A DNA stretch of 64,000 bases, taken from the NCBI RefSeq assembly GCF_006345805.1, contig NC_043004.1:95356001-95420000 (forward strand), in the 5' to 3' direction. Positions 13,100-26,830 of the stretch are shown piece by piece. This DNA is from Octopus sinensis. Its lineage: Eukaryota. Below the pieces are notes generated by a model that was not told the DNA's origin, made no database searches, and saw only the letters and a list, made by a program, of their open reading frames with translations. A program made the position numbers and the translations under genes. The number at the start of each line of letters is the position of its first letter. Positions within the stretch are counted from its first letter, which is position 1.

Positions 13100-14760
13100 T
13101 GTTCGACGTCGTAAGTCTTCAGTGCAGTACTGTGAACGGTATTCCTTATAGAATCCCATCTTCTCTGTGTACCTCTCTTTAGTGGGTCTTCAAGGAGGGT
13201 GACCTGATGAATTCGTACGCCTTATCTGGTTGTCGTTTTATATAGTGACATCAATGCGCTGCTTGCCAAATGGTTTCATATTGTGTATCTACATTGGTTG
13301 AAGTCTAATCTTGCAGCAAACCAAAGAGTGATCTTTGTCGCAAATGGCATTCTGAAAGGGTCGAGTTGTGAGTATATTCCTCCAAACAGCTATGTCTAGT
13401 GAGTATTCATGTCTAGTTTGTGCTGTTGTTTAGGACGGGGGTGTCTCCCAAGATATTTTATGCGGGGGTCTTATTTTGGAAGTGTGTGTTGCTGGCACAG
13501 GGCCCATAAAATATACAAGACTCAAGAAATCATTTTTATTTATACTACTCATCCCATTCCGCCGTGGGACCCACTCTGGCGTTGAAGTTACCAAACTACA
13601 GTAGTTGTTCCTAACCTCGAGTCTACTGAATTGTCTTACAGAGTTGGTCATAAAATTTGTCCTTTTTAACTTTTGTAGAGAAAAGTGTCTCAACATGAGC
13701 ATCAACAAAATTGACAAGTCACTCGGAAGCCGAAGTTAGAAAACCTGCTTGGTAACCCTGCCTCACTCCTCTCTCTCTCTCTCTATCTCTATCTCCCTCT
13801 CTCTATCTCTCTCACACACACACACACACACAATCTTTATTTCTCTCTCTGGGCTCCACCGTATTTAGCAGTGAATCTCTCACAGCGAAGCCAACTCCAT
13901 GCTTTCTAATCTCGTCTAAGTCCTTTCCCTGCCAGAAACAAAGTATCATCCCTTAAGTTCCTGATTCTGCGAAGCATTTTTCTTCTGTTTATTCGATGTC
14001 TATTTGAAATTTTGTGGAGACGCGTGGCTTAGTGGTTAGGGTGTCAGCACATGATCGTAATATTGTGGTTTCGATTCCTGGACCGAGCGACACGTTGTGT
14101 TCTTGAGCAAAACACTTCATTTCACTTTGGTCCAGTCCACTCAGCTGGAAAAAATGAGTAACCCTGCGATAGACTGGTGTCCCGTCCAGCTGGGGAACAC
14201 ATACGCCATTGAAACCGAGAAACCGGGACCTTGAGCCTGGCTAAGCTTTAAAAGGGCGCATTTATTTATTTTTATTAGAAATTTTAGCAGTTAGACCAGT
14301 AATAATGATCCCTACATTCCAACATCTTAACATGACTGCTAGTTTCTTCTTTTGCTTTCTTATTATGCCCAGTGCGATATTGCATTATCTACCATCTGCG
14401 ATTCGGGCTATTTGTATCCCTAAGACCCATGCATTCAATATGGCCGATGGAAAGTTGCAGAACAACATCTGATTGATTGAGGTTTGCCCAGGTTGAGGTG
14501 GGCAGTAGCAGTCCAGTGAAATATGATAGCCTCTCTCTCCATCAAAAACTGTCCGTGGCGCCTACACACCACAACAGTAGACTGCTGCTTACTTTGTTTA
14601 TCCATTTCTGTGGGGTGATGTTCACTGTACTCTCCATAACACAGGCTTGGGCAGGGTTAGTATGGAAACCAGCATTTGCCTGTGCAGCAGCCCTCCTTTC
14701 TCTATGTTAGTGATGTTGTTCAAGAGAAGAGCAAGTCTTGAGTAGCCTGCCGCCAATGGT
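13100..14760 (-). mobile_element. Degraded RTE-clade LINE, 5' part (UTR plus AP endonuclease)
   Basis: Minus-strand translations in order: LRCWNVG, FWQGKDLDEIRKHGVGFAVRDSLL, KDKFYDQL..FGNFNARVG, HKISW, CDKDHSLVCCKIRLQP. Many stops and frameshifts. Confidence 0.85.
14014..14277 (+). mobile_element. tRNA-headed SINE with V-SINE-like core, inserted in the RTE
   Basis: Head gtggcttagtggttagg/ggtttcgattcc, ttgagcaaaacactt and aaccctgcgatagactggtgtcccgtccag, with a (ttta)n tail. 8-bp TSD GAAATTTT at 14006-14013 and 14278-14285. Confidence 0.8.
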
Positions 14761-15858
14761 GTCCCAGAAGTTGCCAGAATAATGTTGGAAACGTTAGAAT
14801 GTCTTAAGGATTAGCTGAATGACGCAATGTTTTTGTCCACCAATAGCGTTCCTAGAGAACATCATAACATCTCCCTTGTTTTCAACATGTAGCTCTACTA
14901 GGTTGAGCCAACGAGATAATCTCTAAATAGTCGCTAGACCTGCAAGAAACAGCAGCTAAATATCTTTCAAATCACAGAAGAGAGGGGTTTATTGAATAAA
15001 GTATGTGGGCCTAGGAAAATGAGACAAAAGAGTCATAGTTCGAATGTCTTTGATCAAAAGTTTAGTTGGACAGTGCTGATCTGGGGCTGTTAAATAAAAA
15101 CAACAAGGGCACTTCAGAAGTATCAGTTATTGTTGCTGTTAGAAGAGCTAATGAAATCAATCTCTTGGAGAAACTGTGAGTTTACATATTATTGCACAAA
15201 CCGTTGTTCCTTATGAACAGTACAAAATTATTCCCCACACCGTTGAACAGATTTTTCCACCATGTAAGTTTTCAATGATGATTTGAGACAAATAACAGAC
15301 GAATTGAAAGTATTGAGATGTCTGAAGAGTTCTGGTCAACTGCCAATGCTCTAAGAAAGGAAATAAATAATAAGATTCGGGTGGTTGTTATGGAAAATTT
15401 GACTGCTCTGCTACATTGTGTAGAGTCGGGAAACCTAACAGAAGCACACTTGATGAATACTAAAGAATAAGATGGAAGACATAGCGGCAGTGTGATGGTG
15501 AAAAGTTGCGCTAACAAAAGACAAGAATAGCATGGTAATGGCACAAGTGTGTGAGGGGAAAAGGTAAAAGTTAATAAAACAAAAATCATAAAGTCATAAA
15601 GACAGAAAGTAGAAAAATAAATTATTATTGTTTCTTAATGTTGCATATTGAATTCCTTAGACATCGTAAATGACAATTTTTCAAATATTGATTGCCTTTG
15701 GAATCAAATATTTTCTCCAGCAACACCTCTTCGTTCTTTCTCTATTTTGATAATCTTTTTCTCAGTTGTGCCACCTTGCCTTCCTTCTCCGCACCACCCC
15801 ACTCTTACTTTCTATCCTTCCCCGCTCTATCCGGTTATACACACACACATATAATTAC

Positions 15859-15948
<90 letters not shown>

Positions 15949-16021
15949 GTATGTATATATATATATGTATATATTATATATGTATATATATATATATATG
16001 TATGTGTACATATATATAATA

Positions 16022-16053
<32 letters not shown>

Positions 16054-16888
16054 CACACAAATACAACTCCTCCAAATTTTTCCTGTTTGTATATCGCTTC
16101 TTAATTCTCATTTTGCTCTACCCTCCCTGAGTCTGTCTGTCTGCCTATCTTTCTCTTTTCACTAAACTCTCTCTCTCTCTCATACTCTCTCTCACTCTCT
16201 CACTCTCTCTCTCTCTCATACTCTCTCTCTCTCTCTCTCTCTCTCCCTCCCTCCAACACTCCTTTAACATTTTTATTATTACCATCATTCCTGCTGTTAT
16301 TCTTGATATTATTTTTCTTATTGCTGTGGTTATTATTAATCTGTCATTTCATCTTAACTACCGTCACAACCACCTCAATCACCATTGTCATCGCAAAAAC
16401 CATCATAATCATCATCATCATCACCATCATCATCATCACCATCATCAACAACAAGAAAAACAACAACAACAATAACAACAGGAGCAACAGCAGCAGAACA
16501 GCCTTCAGCTGCACCACCTCTGCAACAAACTTCATCATTATTGCCATCATTCTCTTTTTGCTGTCGCCATCTTCTCTTTTATTCCTCATCATTCTCATCA
16601 ATATTTTTCCTAGATATTAATATTGTTGTTGTGCTTGCTGTCATCATTGTTGTTACAGTAGCTACTCTCGTTAATACGTGTTGCTGTTTGCAGTCATTAA
16701 CCTTTTTTATTGGCCAAGCCAACTGCAACCATGGAAATTTTGTGAGGCAGAGAGTGAAGGAAAAAAAAACAATATAAATATATATATATGTGTGTGTGTG
16801 TATGTGTGAATGTATGTATGTATGTGTGTGTATATATATATATATATACATTCATATATATATATATATATACATATATATATGTATG

Positions 16889-16950
<62 letters not shown>

Positions 16951-18169
16951 CATATATATGCATATATATATGTATATATATATATATACATATATATACA
17001 TATGCATATATACATGCTTAGATATGTGCGTTTGTGTGTGTGTGTATGTATGTTTACTTGTGTGGGTATATGTGTATGCATACAAATGTATATAATACAA
17101 TCACACACAAAGCATACACATGGCATACCTATAAGCAGATAGATATCTAAGTAAATAAATATACATAAAGAAAATACATAATTATACGCATAAACGTACA
17201 CACACAGATATATATATATGTATGCATGTATATACATACATATATACATATGTGTGTGTGTGTATGCCACGCACATACATATGTAAAAATGCATTCATAC
17301 CTATATACATATGTCTAAATATGTATTATATACACAGATTACTTTTAACGATACCATTTGAACTAATGTATATACACACATTCACAGACAAAAACTCCTA
17401 AAAACATGCCATTACGCACAGTTGTAAATATATATACATGGACACAAAATATTGCAATGAAAGGTGTTTTTCTTTCCTAGACAAGATGCCAGCCTTAATT
17501 TAAGTACTATGCAGATATCTATAAACATATTCATATTTGTACTTTTGTAAAACTATGCACAAACACAAAGAAATATATTTACCCACACATATATTAAGGA
17601 TTGAAGGGATGGTCGTGCAATTAAGTGCTTTACAAGCAATCTCGTAGTTTTGGATTCAATATCGCTGTACCTTAGGTAGATGTATCTTATACGATAGTCT
17701 TGGCTCGGCTAAAGTCATGCGGGTAAAATTCGCTAACAGAAATTCTGTAGAAGATACCATCAGAGGAATCGTTTCTGTTGAGTGGTGGTAGATCTACTGA
17801 AGACTGAACAGAAAATGGTTAGACAAAGAGTTAATATGTAGTCAAACCATATATTGGTTTCAAATTTTGGCACCAGTCCAGTAAGTTCGGGGATGGGACT
17901 AATTTGATTACATCATCCCCAGTGCTCAGATGGTACTTATTTCATTGACCGCGAAAGGGATTTGAACTCAGAACGTAAAGAATCCAAGCCTACGAGATTA
18001 GCATTTTGTCCGACACGCTAACGATTCTGCCAGCTCACCACCTTAGTCAACCCATATATTGATATGGTTATATGACAGAGGCGTTACAGCACTGGATCAT
18101 TGCAGTATTTGTTCCGATTCTCCACCCTCTGAGTTCAATTCCCACCTATGTCGGCTTTAATGTCTGTTC

Positions 18170-18388
18170 TTGAGCTGGCAGAATCTGTAGCACGCCGGGC
18201 GTAGCCGTAGTTCGTCTGCCGCTACGTTGTGAGTTCAAATTCCGCCGAGGTCGACTTTGCCTTTCATCCTTTCGGGGTCGATAAATTAAGTACCAGTTAC
18301 TCACTGGGGTAGATGTAATCGACTTTATCCCTTTGTCTGTTCTTGTTTGTCCCCTCTGTGTTTAGCCCCTTGTGGGCAATAAAGAAAT
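18170..18388 (+). mobile_element. SINE family B
   Basis: Core and Tx1-like tail ending gggcaataaagaaat. Confidence 0.9.
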
Positions 18389-19173
18389 ATCTTTTAGAAG
18401 CAATAAGATGTCTTGTGGTATCTGTTCCAGCTTAATATGCTCTGACAGAAAACGTCTGTGATGACACTGGTGTCAAGCAGTATCGGTCTTCCTCTCTGTT
18501 TAACGTCGGTGATATGGAGAGTGAAGATTACTATGCATGGGAAACTGCCATTCTTTCTCGAAAACCTTTTTATAACACTATATGTTACTGAATGACTAAT
18601 TATCAATCATCTCTATGGATATAATTCACTGCCAATGATGAACACTTCCCTTGCCTAATGAATTTCTTGTTGGTTGAATAAAGACTAACTCTCGATAGGT
18701 AGATCTTCCCACGCTTATAACATTTGATACCACGCATAAAGAGTATTGCCTCTACAGTTCAGCTGCATTGTTAAGAGTTTGCATAGGACTGTAAACATTC
18801 CCGTAATGCAACTGTGCATATTTGAGAACTGCAGCAAGGAGAGAGTATCTACTAAAGAACCAATATGTAAACTTCAAACTAACAGGTTCAAATTGAATTA
18901 ATTCGTTACATATTTTCTGCAATTTACGTTTTTAACTACTTTTTATTTTATATTCAGGTAGTAAAAGGTTATTGCTAAGCTTCACAGTCTTAGTGTGAGA
19001 TGTGTGTAGTGTGTGACTACTTCTCAAAGAAATTGATAAAAATTACGTAGTATTACTAAAAGGTGAGGAGATTTTGGTGGTGTCCAAAGGATGGCAAGAA
19101 GTGAGTAAAATCCACGAAGAGATGGTGAAGTGCTTTAAAGCCAAATGTAACGGATTTGTGAAACTGTATGGCG

Positions 19174-19585
19174 GTTGATATTGTTGTCAGAGATCATGAA
19201 GAAAAAAATGCTTTCTAATTGATGCATCAATACCAACAGATGACAACGTTTCTCTAAAATAAATAGAGAAACTTTCAAAATACAAAGGTCTGGAAACAGA
19301 GGTTGCTTGAATGTGGAGTCTAAAAACAGAGACAATTCCTATCATAGTGGGCACATTGGGTATGATAAAAAAAATATTCAGATAAATACATAACAAAAAC
19401 ACCTGGACTAACAAATATAATATAGCATACAAAAGATAGCACTACTAAGCACTGCACACATCCTATGTAAAACACTTTCAATATAGTAACCATAAGAGCA
19501 TCACAGCACATACCCAAGGCACACAGAGCTGCGCTCGGTGGTGCAGTGAAAGCACGTTATAAAAATAAGACTACTGAATAATAAT
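19174..19585 (+). mobile_element. 3' fragment of a restriction-like-endonuclease LINE (R4/Dong-like)
   Basis: VDIVVRDHEE..CFLIDASIPTDDNV..EKLSKYKGLETEV..MWSLKTETIPIIVGTLG..QKIALLSTAHIL fits the PD-(D/E)xK RLE C-terminus. The fragment ends in aataataat. Confidence 0.8.
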
Positions 19586-19798
19586 GGTTTCAAATTTTGC
19601 CAACGAGAAGCGTTTTGGTGGGAAGGGAATGAGACGATTAGACCGACCCCAGTATACAACCAGTACTTAATCTATCGACCCCGAAAGGATGAAAGGCAAA
19701 GTCGACCTCGGCAGAATTTGGACTCAGAACGCAGTGACAGGCGCAATACCGCTAAGCATTACGTCCAGCATGCTAACGATTCTGCCAGCTCACTGCCT
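19586..19798 (-). mobile_element. SINE family B, tail variant 3
   Basis: Reverse complement of head and core; tail ..aaaatttgaaacc(att)n. Confidence 0.8.
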
Positions 19799-19800
19799 TA

Positions 19801-19877
<77 letters not shown>

Positions 19878-20739
19878 GGCTGAACCCGTGAAAAATTCAC
19901 AGAAAACATAATAAAAAATATAAGCATCTGTAAACATAAGAAATGTTTGTACATTATGGCCGTCTGTCTTTACTTTCTGAGTTCAAATTCTGGTGAGATC
20001 GACTTTGCCTTTCGTCCTTTCAGGGTCGATAAATTAAGTATAAGTTGTGTACTGGAGTCGATATAATCAACTGGCCCCCTCCCCACAAAAAATTCAGGCC
20101 TAGAAAAGTATATTGTGACAGGTACAGAATATAGAAAGTAATGTAACACCAATGACTATATAATCCAACCAAAATATCTCAGTTATACAAACGTAAACGG
20201 AATTACTATTTAACCTTAAAATACATCGAGCATATTCGAAGAACCTTAATGTATGAATTGAAATGCAAAAGAACGAAATAATAAATGGATTTATGAATGA
20301 AAGTTTGGTAATTGCGTTTATTTCCACCACGTGTCACTTATTATTGCAAACATGCTTTAACTAACCTAAACTATACACACACACATATTCATATATATAT
20401 GTCTCGTGTTGTAGCTGTAATTTAAAGGGGCCAGCCTTGTCATATTCTGTGGGAGGCCGAATCTCCCTAAGAACTACGTTAATGTTATGCATGTCTGTAG
20501 AGTACTCAGCTATTTGTGAGTTAATTTTATCCTTGTGTGGTAATGAAAAGTGAAATTGACATCCAATATTTGCTGTGTCTATGTATCTATGTATAAACTT
20601 TTCTTTGGATTTATGTATCTACTGTCTTTCTCACTTTCTCTCTTCCTCTTTCACTTCCTTTGTGTCCCTCTTCTCTCCCGCTTTTGAATTAAGAATGTGC
20701 GCATGTATCTATGTATTTACTTCTCTTGCTATGTGATAA

Positions 20740-20809
20740 ACGTTTAAAAACACAAAACGAATGCCGTCACCACACACGTTCTCTTTCACTCTCTCTCTCT
20801 CTCTCACTT

Positions 20810-20852
<43 letters not shown>

Positions 20853-21030
20853 CTCTTACGTCCTCTCTGAAACATGTAAAAACACAAAACGAACGCCGTC
20901 ACCACTCACTGTCTCTTTCACTCTCTCTCTCCCCATCTCTTTCTTTCTTTCTCTCTTACGTCCTCTCTGAAACATGTAAAAACACAAAACGAACGCCGTC
21001 ACCATTCACTGTCTCTTTCATTCTCTGTTT
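20740..21030. repeat. Three tandem ~100-130-bp units mixing a unique motif with (CT)n/(TTTC)n
   Basis: aaaaacacaaaacgaa(t/c)gccgtcacca occurs three times. Confidence 0.85.
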
Positions 21031-21169
21031 CTCTCTCACTCTCTCACTTTGTCTCTCACTCTTTCTTTTTGTCCTCCTCTCTCTCGCTTTGCCACTTCTT
21101 TGAAGTAAGTGTGACGCACACAATAGGTACGTGCAAAAACAAGTTTGCATATTAATATTATTGATAATA

Positions 21170-21385
21170 ATCTTTTCTACTCTAGGCACAAGGGCCGAAA
21201 TTTGGTGAGAGTGGGTCAGTCGATTAGAATGACCCCAGTGTGCATCTAGTACTTAATTTATCAACACCGAAAGGATGAAAGGCAAAGTCGGCCTCGGCAG
21301 AATTTGAACTCAGAATGTAGCAGTGAGTAAAATACTGCTAAACATTCCGTCCAGCATGCTAATGATTCTGCTGACTCACCACCTT
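21170..21385 (-). mobile_element. SINE family B, tail variant 2
   Basis: ttctactctaggcacaagggccgaaattt..gaaaggcaaagtcggcctcggcagaatttgaactcag. Confidence 0.8.
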
Positions 21386-21389
21386 CATA

Positions 21390-21397
21390 CAATAATG

Positions 21398-21442
<45 letters not shown>

Positions 21443-21530
21443 GTAATAATAATAATAATGATGATGATGATGATGATGATAATAATAATAATAATAATAA
21501 TAACCATAATAATAATAATGATAATGATAA

Positions 21531-21590
<60 letters not shown>
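21390..21590. repeat. (TAA)n/(TGA)n microsatellite
   Basis: Direct reading. Confidence 0.95.
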
Positions 21591-21592
<2 letters not shown>

Positions 21593-21701
21593 GTTAGTTT
21601 AGTTTAATGGCCTACCAATGTATACTATGAGTTTCTTTGCCCTAGGAGTCGGGAAGACACTCGGCAAGAAATGGAAGCAAATTTGAAAGAAGAAAAAAAA
21701 A

Positions 21702-21732
<31 letters not shown>

Positions 21733-22051
21733 CTGCAAAAAAACTGTCTGCCTGAAGTCCTTGCTGTTTTTTTTATGACAGACAGTACAAACCCCCTGTA
21801 CACAAAATATCTTCAATCTACACACCATCATAATATTGGATACTATGCGATGTCCAATATAATAATAAACCCTTTTAAAATAGGCACAAGGCCTGAGATT
21901 TTATGAGAGGGGTTATCAATTGCATCAATCAAAGTGCTCAACTGGTACTTATTTTTTCAACTCTGAAAGGATGAAAGCAAAGTCGACCTTAGCGGAATTT
22001 GATCTCAGAGCATAAATAAAGATAGACACTTCTAATAATTTGGTCGGCTCA

Positions 22052-22052
<1 letters not shown>

Positions 22053-22087
<35 letters not shown>

Positions 22088-22280
22088 TAATAAATAATAA
22101 TAATAATAATAATGATATAATAATAATAATGAGAAGAAAAAGAAGAAGAGAAGAAGAGAAGAAGAAGAAGGAAAGAATAGAAGAAAAGTAGAAGAGAAGA
22201 AGAAGAAGAAGAAGAAGAAGAGAAGAAGAAGAAGAAGAAGAAGAAGAAGAAGAAGAAGAAGAAGAAGAAGAAGAAGAGAG
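22053..22280. repeat. (TAA)n followed by (GAA)n microsatellite
   Basis: Direct reading. Confidence 0.95.
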
Positions 22281-22443
22281 CATAAAAATAAATTGTTCTA
22301 TTTATCACAGAGGCAATGGTTGAAAGGATATGACAAGAACAAATTGCAAAAAATGATGGCACATTTTTTTTTCTTTAGTTTTATTTTTTTTGCAAAACTG
22401 ACTATGAAAGACCAGGCATGGAAAAGAACAGTATACAATAAAA

Positions 22444-22589
22444 TCAGCACACACATTTAGAAATTTTTTTTTTAGGCTTATGGAAGTGCAAAACAGTGAA
22501 GCTTTCATGGAATGTGGCGTTGATAAAATCTGGAGTGATGGACAGAAGTCCTTTATCCCTTCCGTCATTCACTCTCTGCACATCATTAC
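22444..22589 (-). CDS. Candidate terminal exon of an unidentified gene (G)NDVQRVNDGRDKGLLSITPDFINATFHESFTVLHFHKPKKKISKCVC*
   Basis: Open frame after ctctaatcag, phase-compatible with 23842-23898, with AATAAA at 22385-22380. No homology is recognised, and the AG/GT junction could instead be a donor. Confidence 0.2.
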
Positions 22590-22963
22590 CTGATTAGAGA
22601 TACTCTTGTTCCTTTGATCTTTATACAGACATTGGTATTTGATGCTGAATGAGAACTGTCTGTTTGTTTGTTGTGATTTTAGACCCATTTTTATCATTCT
22701 GTCAATGAGTGAAGTAGACAGAGAAGGGTGTAAATGTGTGGACATTTACATATTGGTAAAGAACCAAAAGTTTGATTGGTTTATTTATTTATTTATTTTG
22801 CTATTCTTATTTCTGAATGACCTTTCTCTCACTAATGAATCAGATGCGAAATATTTGTAGTTTGCCAAGAAAAGCGACAAGTAGAGTCATATACCTTGCC
22901 TAAGGTGTAGATCTTAACAAACAGTAGTTTACAGAACCTTGACTTCCCACCTCATAAAGGAAA

Positions 22964-23633
22964 CATGTGGGGGGTGCTGAAAAGTTCCTGGCTTTGGGTT
23001 AAAAGAAAATACAGGAGAATCAGTTACTCTTTACTCTTTTACTCTTTACTTGTTTCAGTCTTTTGATTGCAGCCATGCTGGAGCACTGCCTTTAGTCAAA
23101 CAAATCGACCCCAGGACTTATTCTTTAGAAGCCTAGTACTTATTCTGTCGGTCTCCTTTGCCAAACCCCTATGTTACAGGGATGTAAACATACCACCATT
23201 CATTGTCAAGCGATGTTGGGGGAGACAAACACTGACACACAAACATATATACACACATAGATACATACATACATATATATATATATATTTATATACATAT
23301 ATACAACGGGCTTCTTTCAGTTTCCATCTACCAAATCCACCCACAAGGCTTTGGTCAGCCCAAGGCTATAGTAGAAGACACTTGCCCAAGGTGCCATGCA
23401 GTGGGACTGAACTCGGAACCATGTGGTTGGCAAGCAAGCTACTTACCACTCAGCCACTCCTGCACCTATAATTATGATTTTATTCAATGCATTCCCCTCA
23501 CAGATTCACACTCTTATTGCAGCACTTCTTCAGTTTTTCTAATCCCTGTGAAACAACTTGGAAAATTCGGCCCCTAGGCAGGCCTTCTGTGGTACCCCTA
23601 AAGTCAGGAACCTTTCAGTACTCACTTCAAATA
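22964..23633. mobile_element. Tc1/mariner-type MITE interrupted by SINE A
   Basis: Termini gggggtgctgaaaagttcctggc and gtcaggaacctttcagtactc. Related copies at 41133 and 57363. Confidence 0.7.
23026..23466 (-). mobile_element. SINE family A, full length, CpG-decayed
   Basis: Reverse complement of the 4323 element, inserted at the TA of the MITE sequence cagtta/attatg. Confidence 0.9.
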
Positions 23634-23841
23634 GTGCAGTATTGCTGTGTTTGTTAGTGTAGTAATACAAAGTGTTAGGTTTGAGTCTCATTCTAACTAG
23701 AACTGTAACAACTAACAATTTTAAATGAATACAAATATATAATCAATGTATGCTACTAAAACATTTCTACACTATTTCTAAGCAGAAACTAATGGCTGCG
23801 GGGAAGAGCAATTGGCAATCCTCCTTTGTGTGATATCTGAC

Positions 23842-23898
23842 CATAATCAATGGCATGACATGAGAAGAGCTCTACTACATTGACTTGCTCATCATTCA
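23842..23898 (-). CDS. Candidate internal exon xNDEQVNVVELFSCHAIDY
   Basis: Strong acceptor ttttttccatttattttctgtag, donor gtcaga and an open phase 1-1 frame. No homology recognised. Confidence 0.3.
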
Positions 23899-24655
23899 CT
23901 ACAGAAAATAAATGGAAAAAAGTCTTCGATAATAACCTTATAACATTATAAAGGTTATGGAATGCTTCAGAAAATTCTATTTATTTTAGATTTACACTGA
24001 ATTTCAATCAGTTTTATCTTCAATCCTCATCATGTGTATGATTCTGGGAACAACGAACTTAGTTAAGAATAACACAGATAGTGTAAATATAAATAGTGTA
24101 AATATACATGCTAAAGATGGGGTTAATTAGTCTGTAAAATGATCATCTTAATAACAATAACTCATCTCACAACTTTAGACATGTAATTAGATTTAACTGA
24201 TTCACAAAGTTAAAAATAACATGATTTCTTACACAGACATGAACTCTTAGAAGTTTGATGGACGAAAAATATGAGAATTAAAATATTATCATAGAAGCAG
24301 CTTTAAATTAGATTTAATATAAAGCTGCAGATATACTGTTGCATCACAGATATGCTGTTGCATCATAGAAACTTTGTAATACTGGTAAAAATAACACTGC
24401 CAAACATAGCCGTGAAGAGTGATTTTTTTCTGATGGAAAAATGCTATTTGTTTCAAGCAGTATGACACATGAAGTTTTAGATCTTGCAAGCATTCAGTTA
24501 TTGGTATCTAGTATATGTACACAACCACACATTTGGTAGAATGATATAAAGAATTTTTTAAATAAATTCAAGACCTAGAAGCAAAATCTACCGTTAAGGA
24601 GCCAGAAAACTAAAATTTTAATATGTAAGAAAGTATTTTTTTACCTATATATATA

Positions 24656-24870
24656 TATCTGTAAATTAATATGTTACCATTATTCAATAGCCAAGATAAA
24701 ACTCTGAGTTTTGGATGCCGAAGTGGAAATCCACAACACCATCTCTTCGGTTATCTGGCCATCTTGGCTATTGAATAATGGTAACATATTAATTTACAGA
24801 TAATTTCCTCTATTTACATAATATTGAGGTCTCTTTCTTTCTTTTGTTATCTTACCGTTTTTACCAATAT
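24656..24870 (-). mobile_element. Long-hairpin element carrying hammerhead family 3 (G12 mutated to A)
   Basis: Perfect ~42-bp inverted arms 24656-24802 plus a ~70-bp extension, with (TA)n on both sides. Inverted copy at 30726-30945. Confidence 0.8.
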
Positions 24871-25174
24871 ATAATATTATATATATAATATATATATATA
24901 TATTTTCCTCATAACAGCAGTCCTAATAGGACTGCTGTTATGAGGAAAATGGCCGTGCTTGAAATGCTGAAAAGGGGTTGGTAGAAACTCTATACAAAGA
25001 ACACATAGCAAACTGCAAATACATGAGAAGTGTAATGAGAACATAGGCAAGCTAAGAGAAAATATGCTTCATATGTGGCAGCAACTCAGGGCAGTTAGCA
25101 GTGACAGTAAATGTGAAATAAACACGTTTAATTGCTTGAAGGTCTCCTTAGTAGTAGATAGCTATTGTTATATA

Positions 25175-25885
25175 TATTTCTTTATTGCCCACAAGGGTTA
25201 AACATAGAAGGGACAAACAAGGACAGACAAACGGATTAAGTTGATTATATCGACCCCAGTGCATAACTGGTACTTTACTTATCGACCCCAAAAGGAGGAA
25301 AAGGCAAAATTGACCTCGGCGGAATTTGAACTCAGAACGTAACAGCAGACGAAGTACTGCTAAGCATTTCGTCCGGCGTGCTAACGTTTCTGCCAGCTTG
25401 CCGCTTTCAAATTAAGAATTCCATGGCTGGATATACATTTCTTTACTACCCACAAAGAGTTAAACACAAAGGGGACAAACAAGCACAGACAAACGGATTA
25501 AGTCAATTATATCGACCCAGTGCATAACTGGAACTTTATTTATCGACCCCCAAAAGGCTGAAAGGCAAAGTTGACCTCAGCGGAATTTGAACTCAGAACG
25601 TAACAGCAGACGAAGTACTGCTAAGCATTTCGTCCGGCGTGCTAACGTTTCTGCCAGCTTGCCGCTTTCAAATTAAGAATTCCATGGCTGGATATATATT
25701 TCTTTACTACCCACAAAGGGTTAAACTCAAAGAGGACAAACAAGGACAGACAAACGGATTAAGTTGATTATATCGACTCCAGTGCATAACTGGTACTTTA
25801 TTTATCAACCCCAAAAGGATGAAAGGCAAAGTTGATCTTGGCGGAATTTGAACTCAGAACGTAACAGCAGATGAAATACCGCTAG
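25175..25885 (-). mobile_element. Three tandem SINE B units, period 261 bp, with a duplicated non-SINE spacer
   Basis: Tails start at 25176, 25437 and 25698. The spacer tttcaaattaagaattccatggctggatata is present twice. Confidence 0.9.
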
Positions 25886-26299
25886 ACATTTCACCCCGCA
25901 TCATGTGAATGGATTCACTAGATAGAAACTGAAAGCAACCTGTCATGTGTGTGTGTGTATGTGTGTATTTATATTTTTCCGAATTTGTGTAAATGTTATA
26001 GAATAATACATATCAGTTTAATAAAGTTACAAACAACATGGTCTGATTTTCAGGTTTTTATTATTGTATTTAAAAAAAAATTTATAATGTTAAAGAGTGT
26101 TAAACATTAAAAAAAAATATTTTGTAACGTTCATAAAGTTCAATTAGTGCTTTCATACGTTCGTAGTAATCATCAGATTTCAAAATGTATTTAACTGACA
26201 GTTGAGTTGAGTGTTTTACAACTGTAGTAAAATGACTGACTTCTTCCTTTTTATACATTTTGGAAGGCTCTGACAAACTGAATTTTTCGAATACAGTTT

Positions 26300-26830
26300 T
26301 GGTGGTGGTGGTGGTGGTGAGGATGATGATGATGAGGAGGAGGAGGAGGAAGAAGAAGAGTAGGTGGAGGAAGGGGAGGAAGAGGAGGAGGATGGTGATG
26401 ATGATGATTACAACGATGACGACGAAGAGGAGGATGATGACAATGACAATAATGATGTTGATAATGATGATGGTAATGATGATGATGCAGATGATGATGA
26501 TGACAATGATGACAATGTTGATAATGACGACGACAACGATGAGGAAGGGAGGGTGATAATGGTTGTGATGATATTTGTGGTGGTAGTGGTGATGGTGGTG
26601 ATGATGGTGATGGTGGAGGTGATGATGATGATATTAATGATGATGGTAACTGTGGCAACAACAACCACAATGACAATGGTAGCTGCAGTGGCAGCACAGA
26701 AGGAGTAAGAGGAGGAGGAAAGAGGAAACAGAGCGAAGTAGGGTAGAACAGAAGAGAGAGAGGGACGAACAGACAGACAGACAGACAGACAGATGAGGAG
26801 GTTAAGAAGGAGGAGGAGAGAGAGACAGAG
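26300..26830. repeat. Mixed (GGT)/(GAT)/(GAG) cryptic simple repeat
   Basis: Direct reading; the acidic ORF is a by-product. Confidence 0.85.

Noticed and set aside
21646-21703. Plus-strand candidate last exon SREDTRQEMEANLKEEKKK*
   Set aside because: Good acceptor, but the stop comes from a poly-A/(TAA)n tract and there is no supporting upstream exon or homology.
26364-26708. Acidic D/E-rich ORF
   Set aside because: Translation of (GAT)/(GAG) simple repeats with no flanking support.
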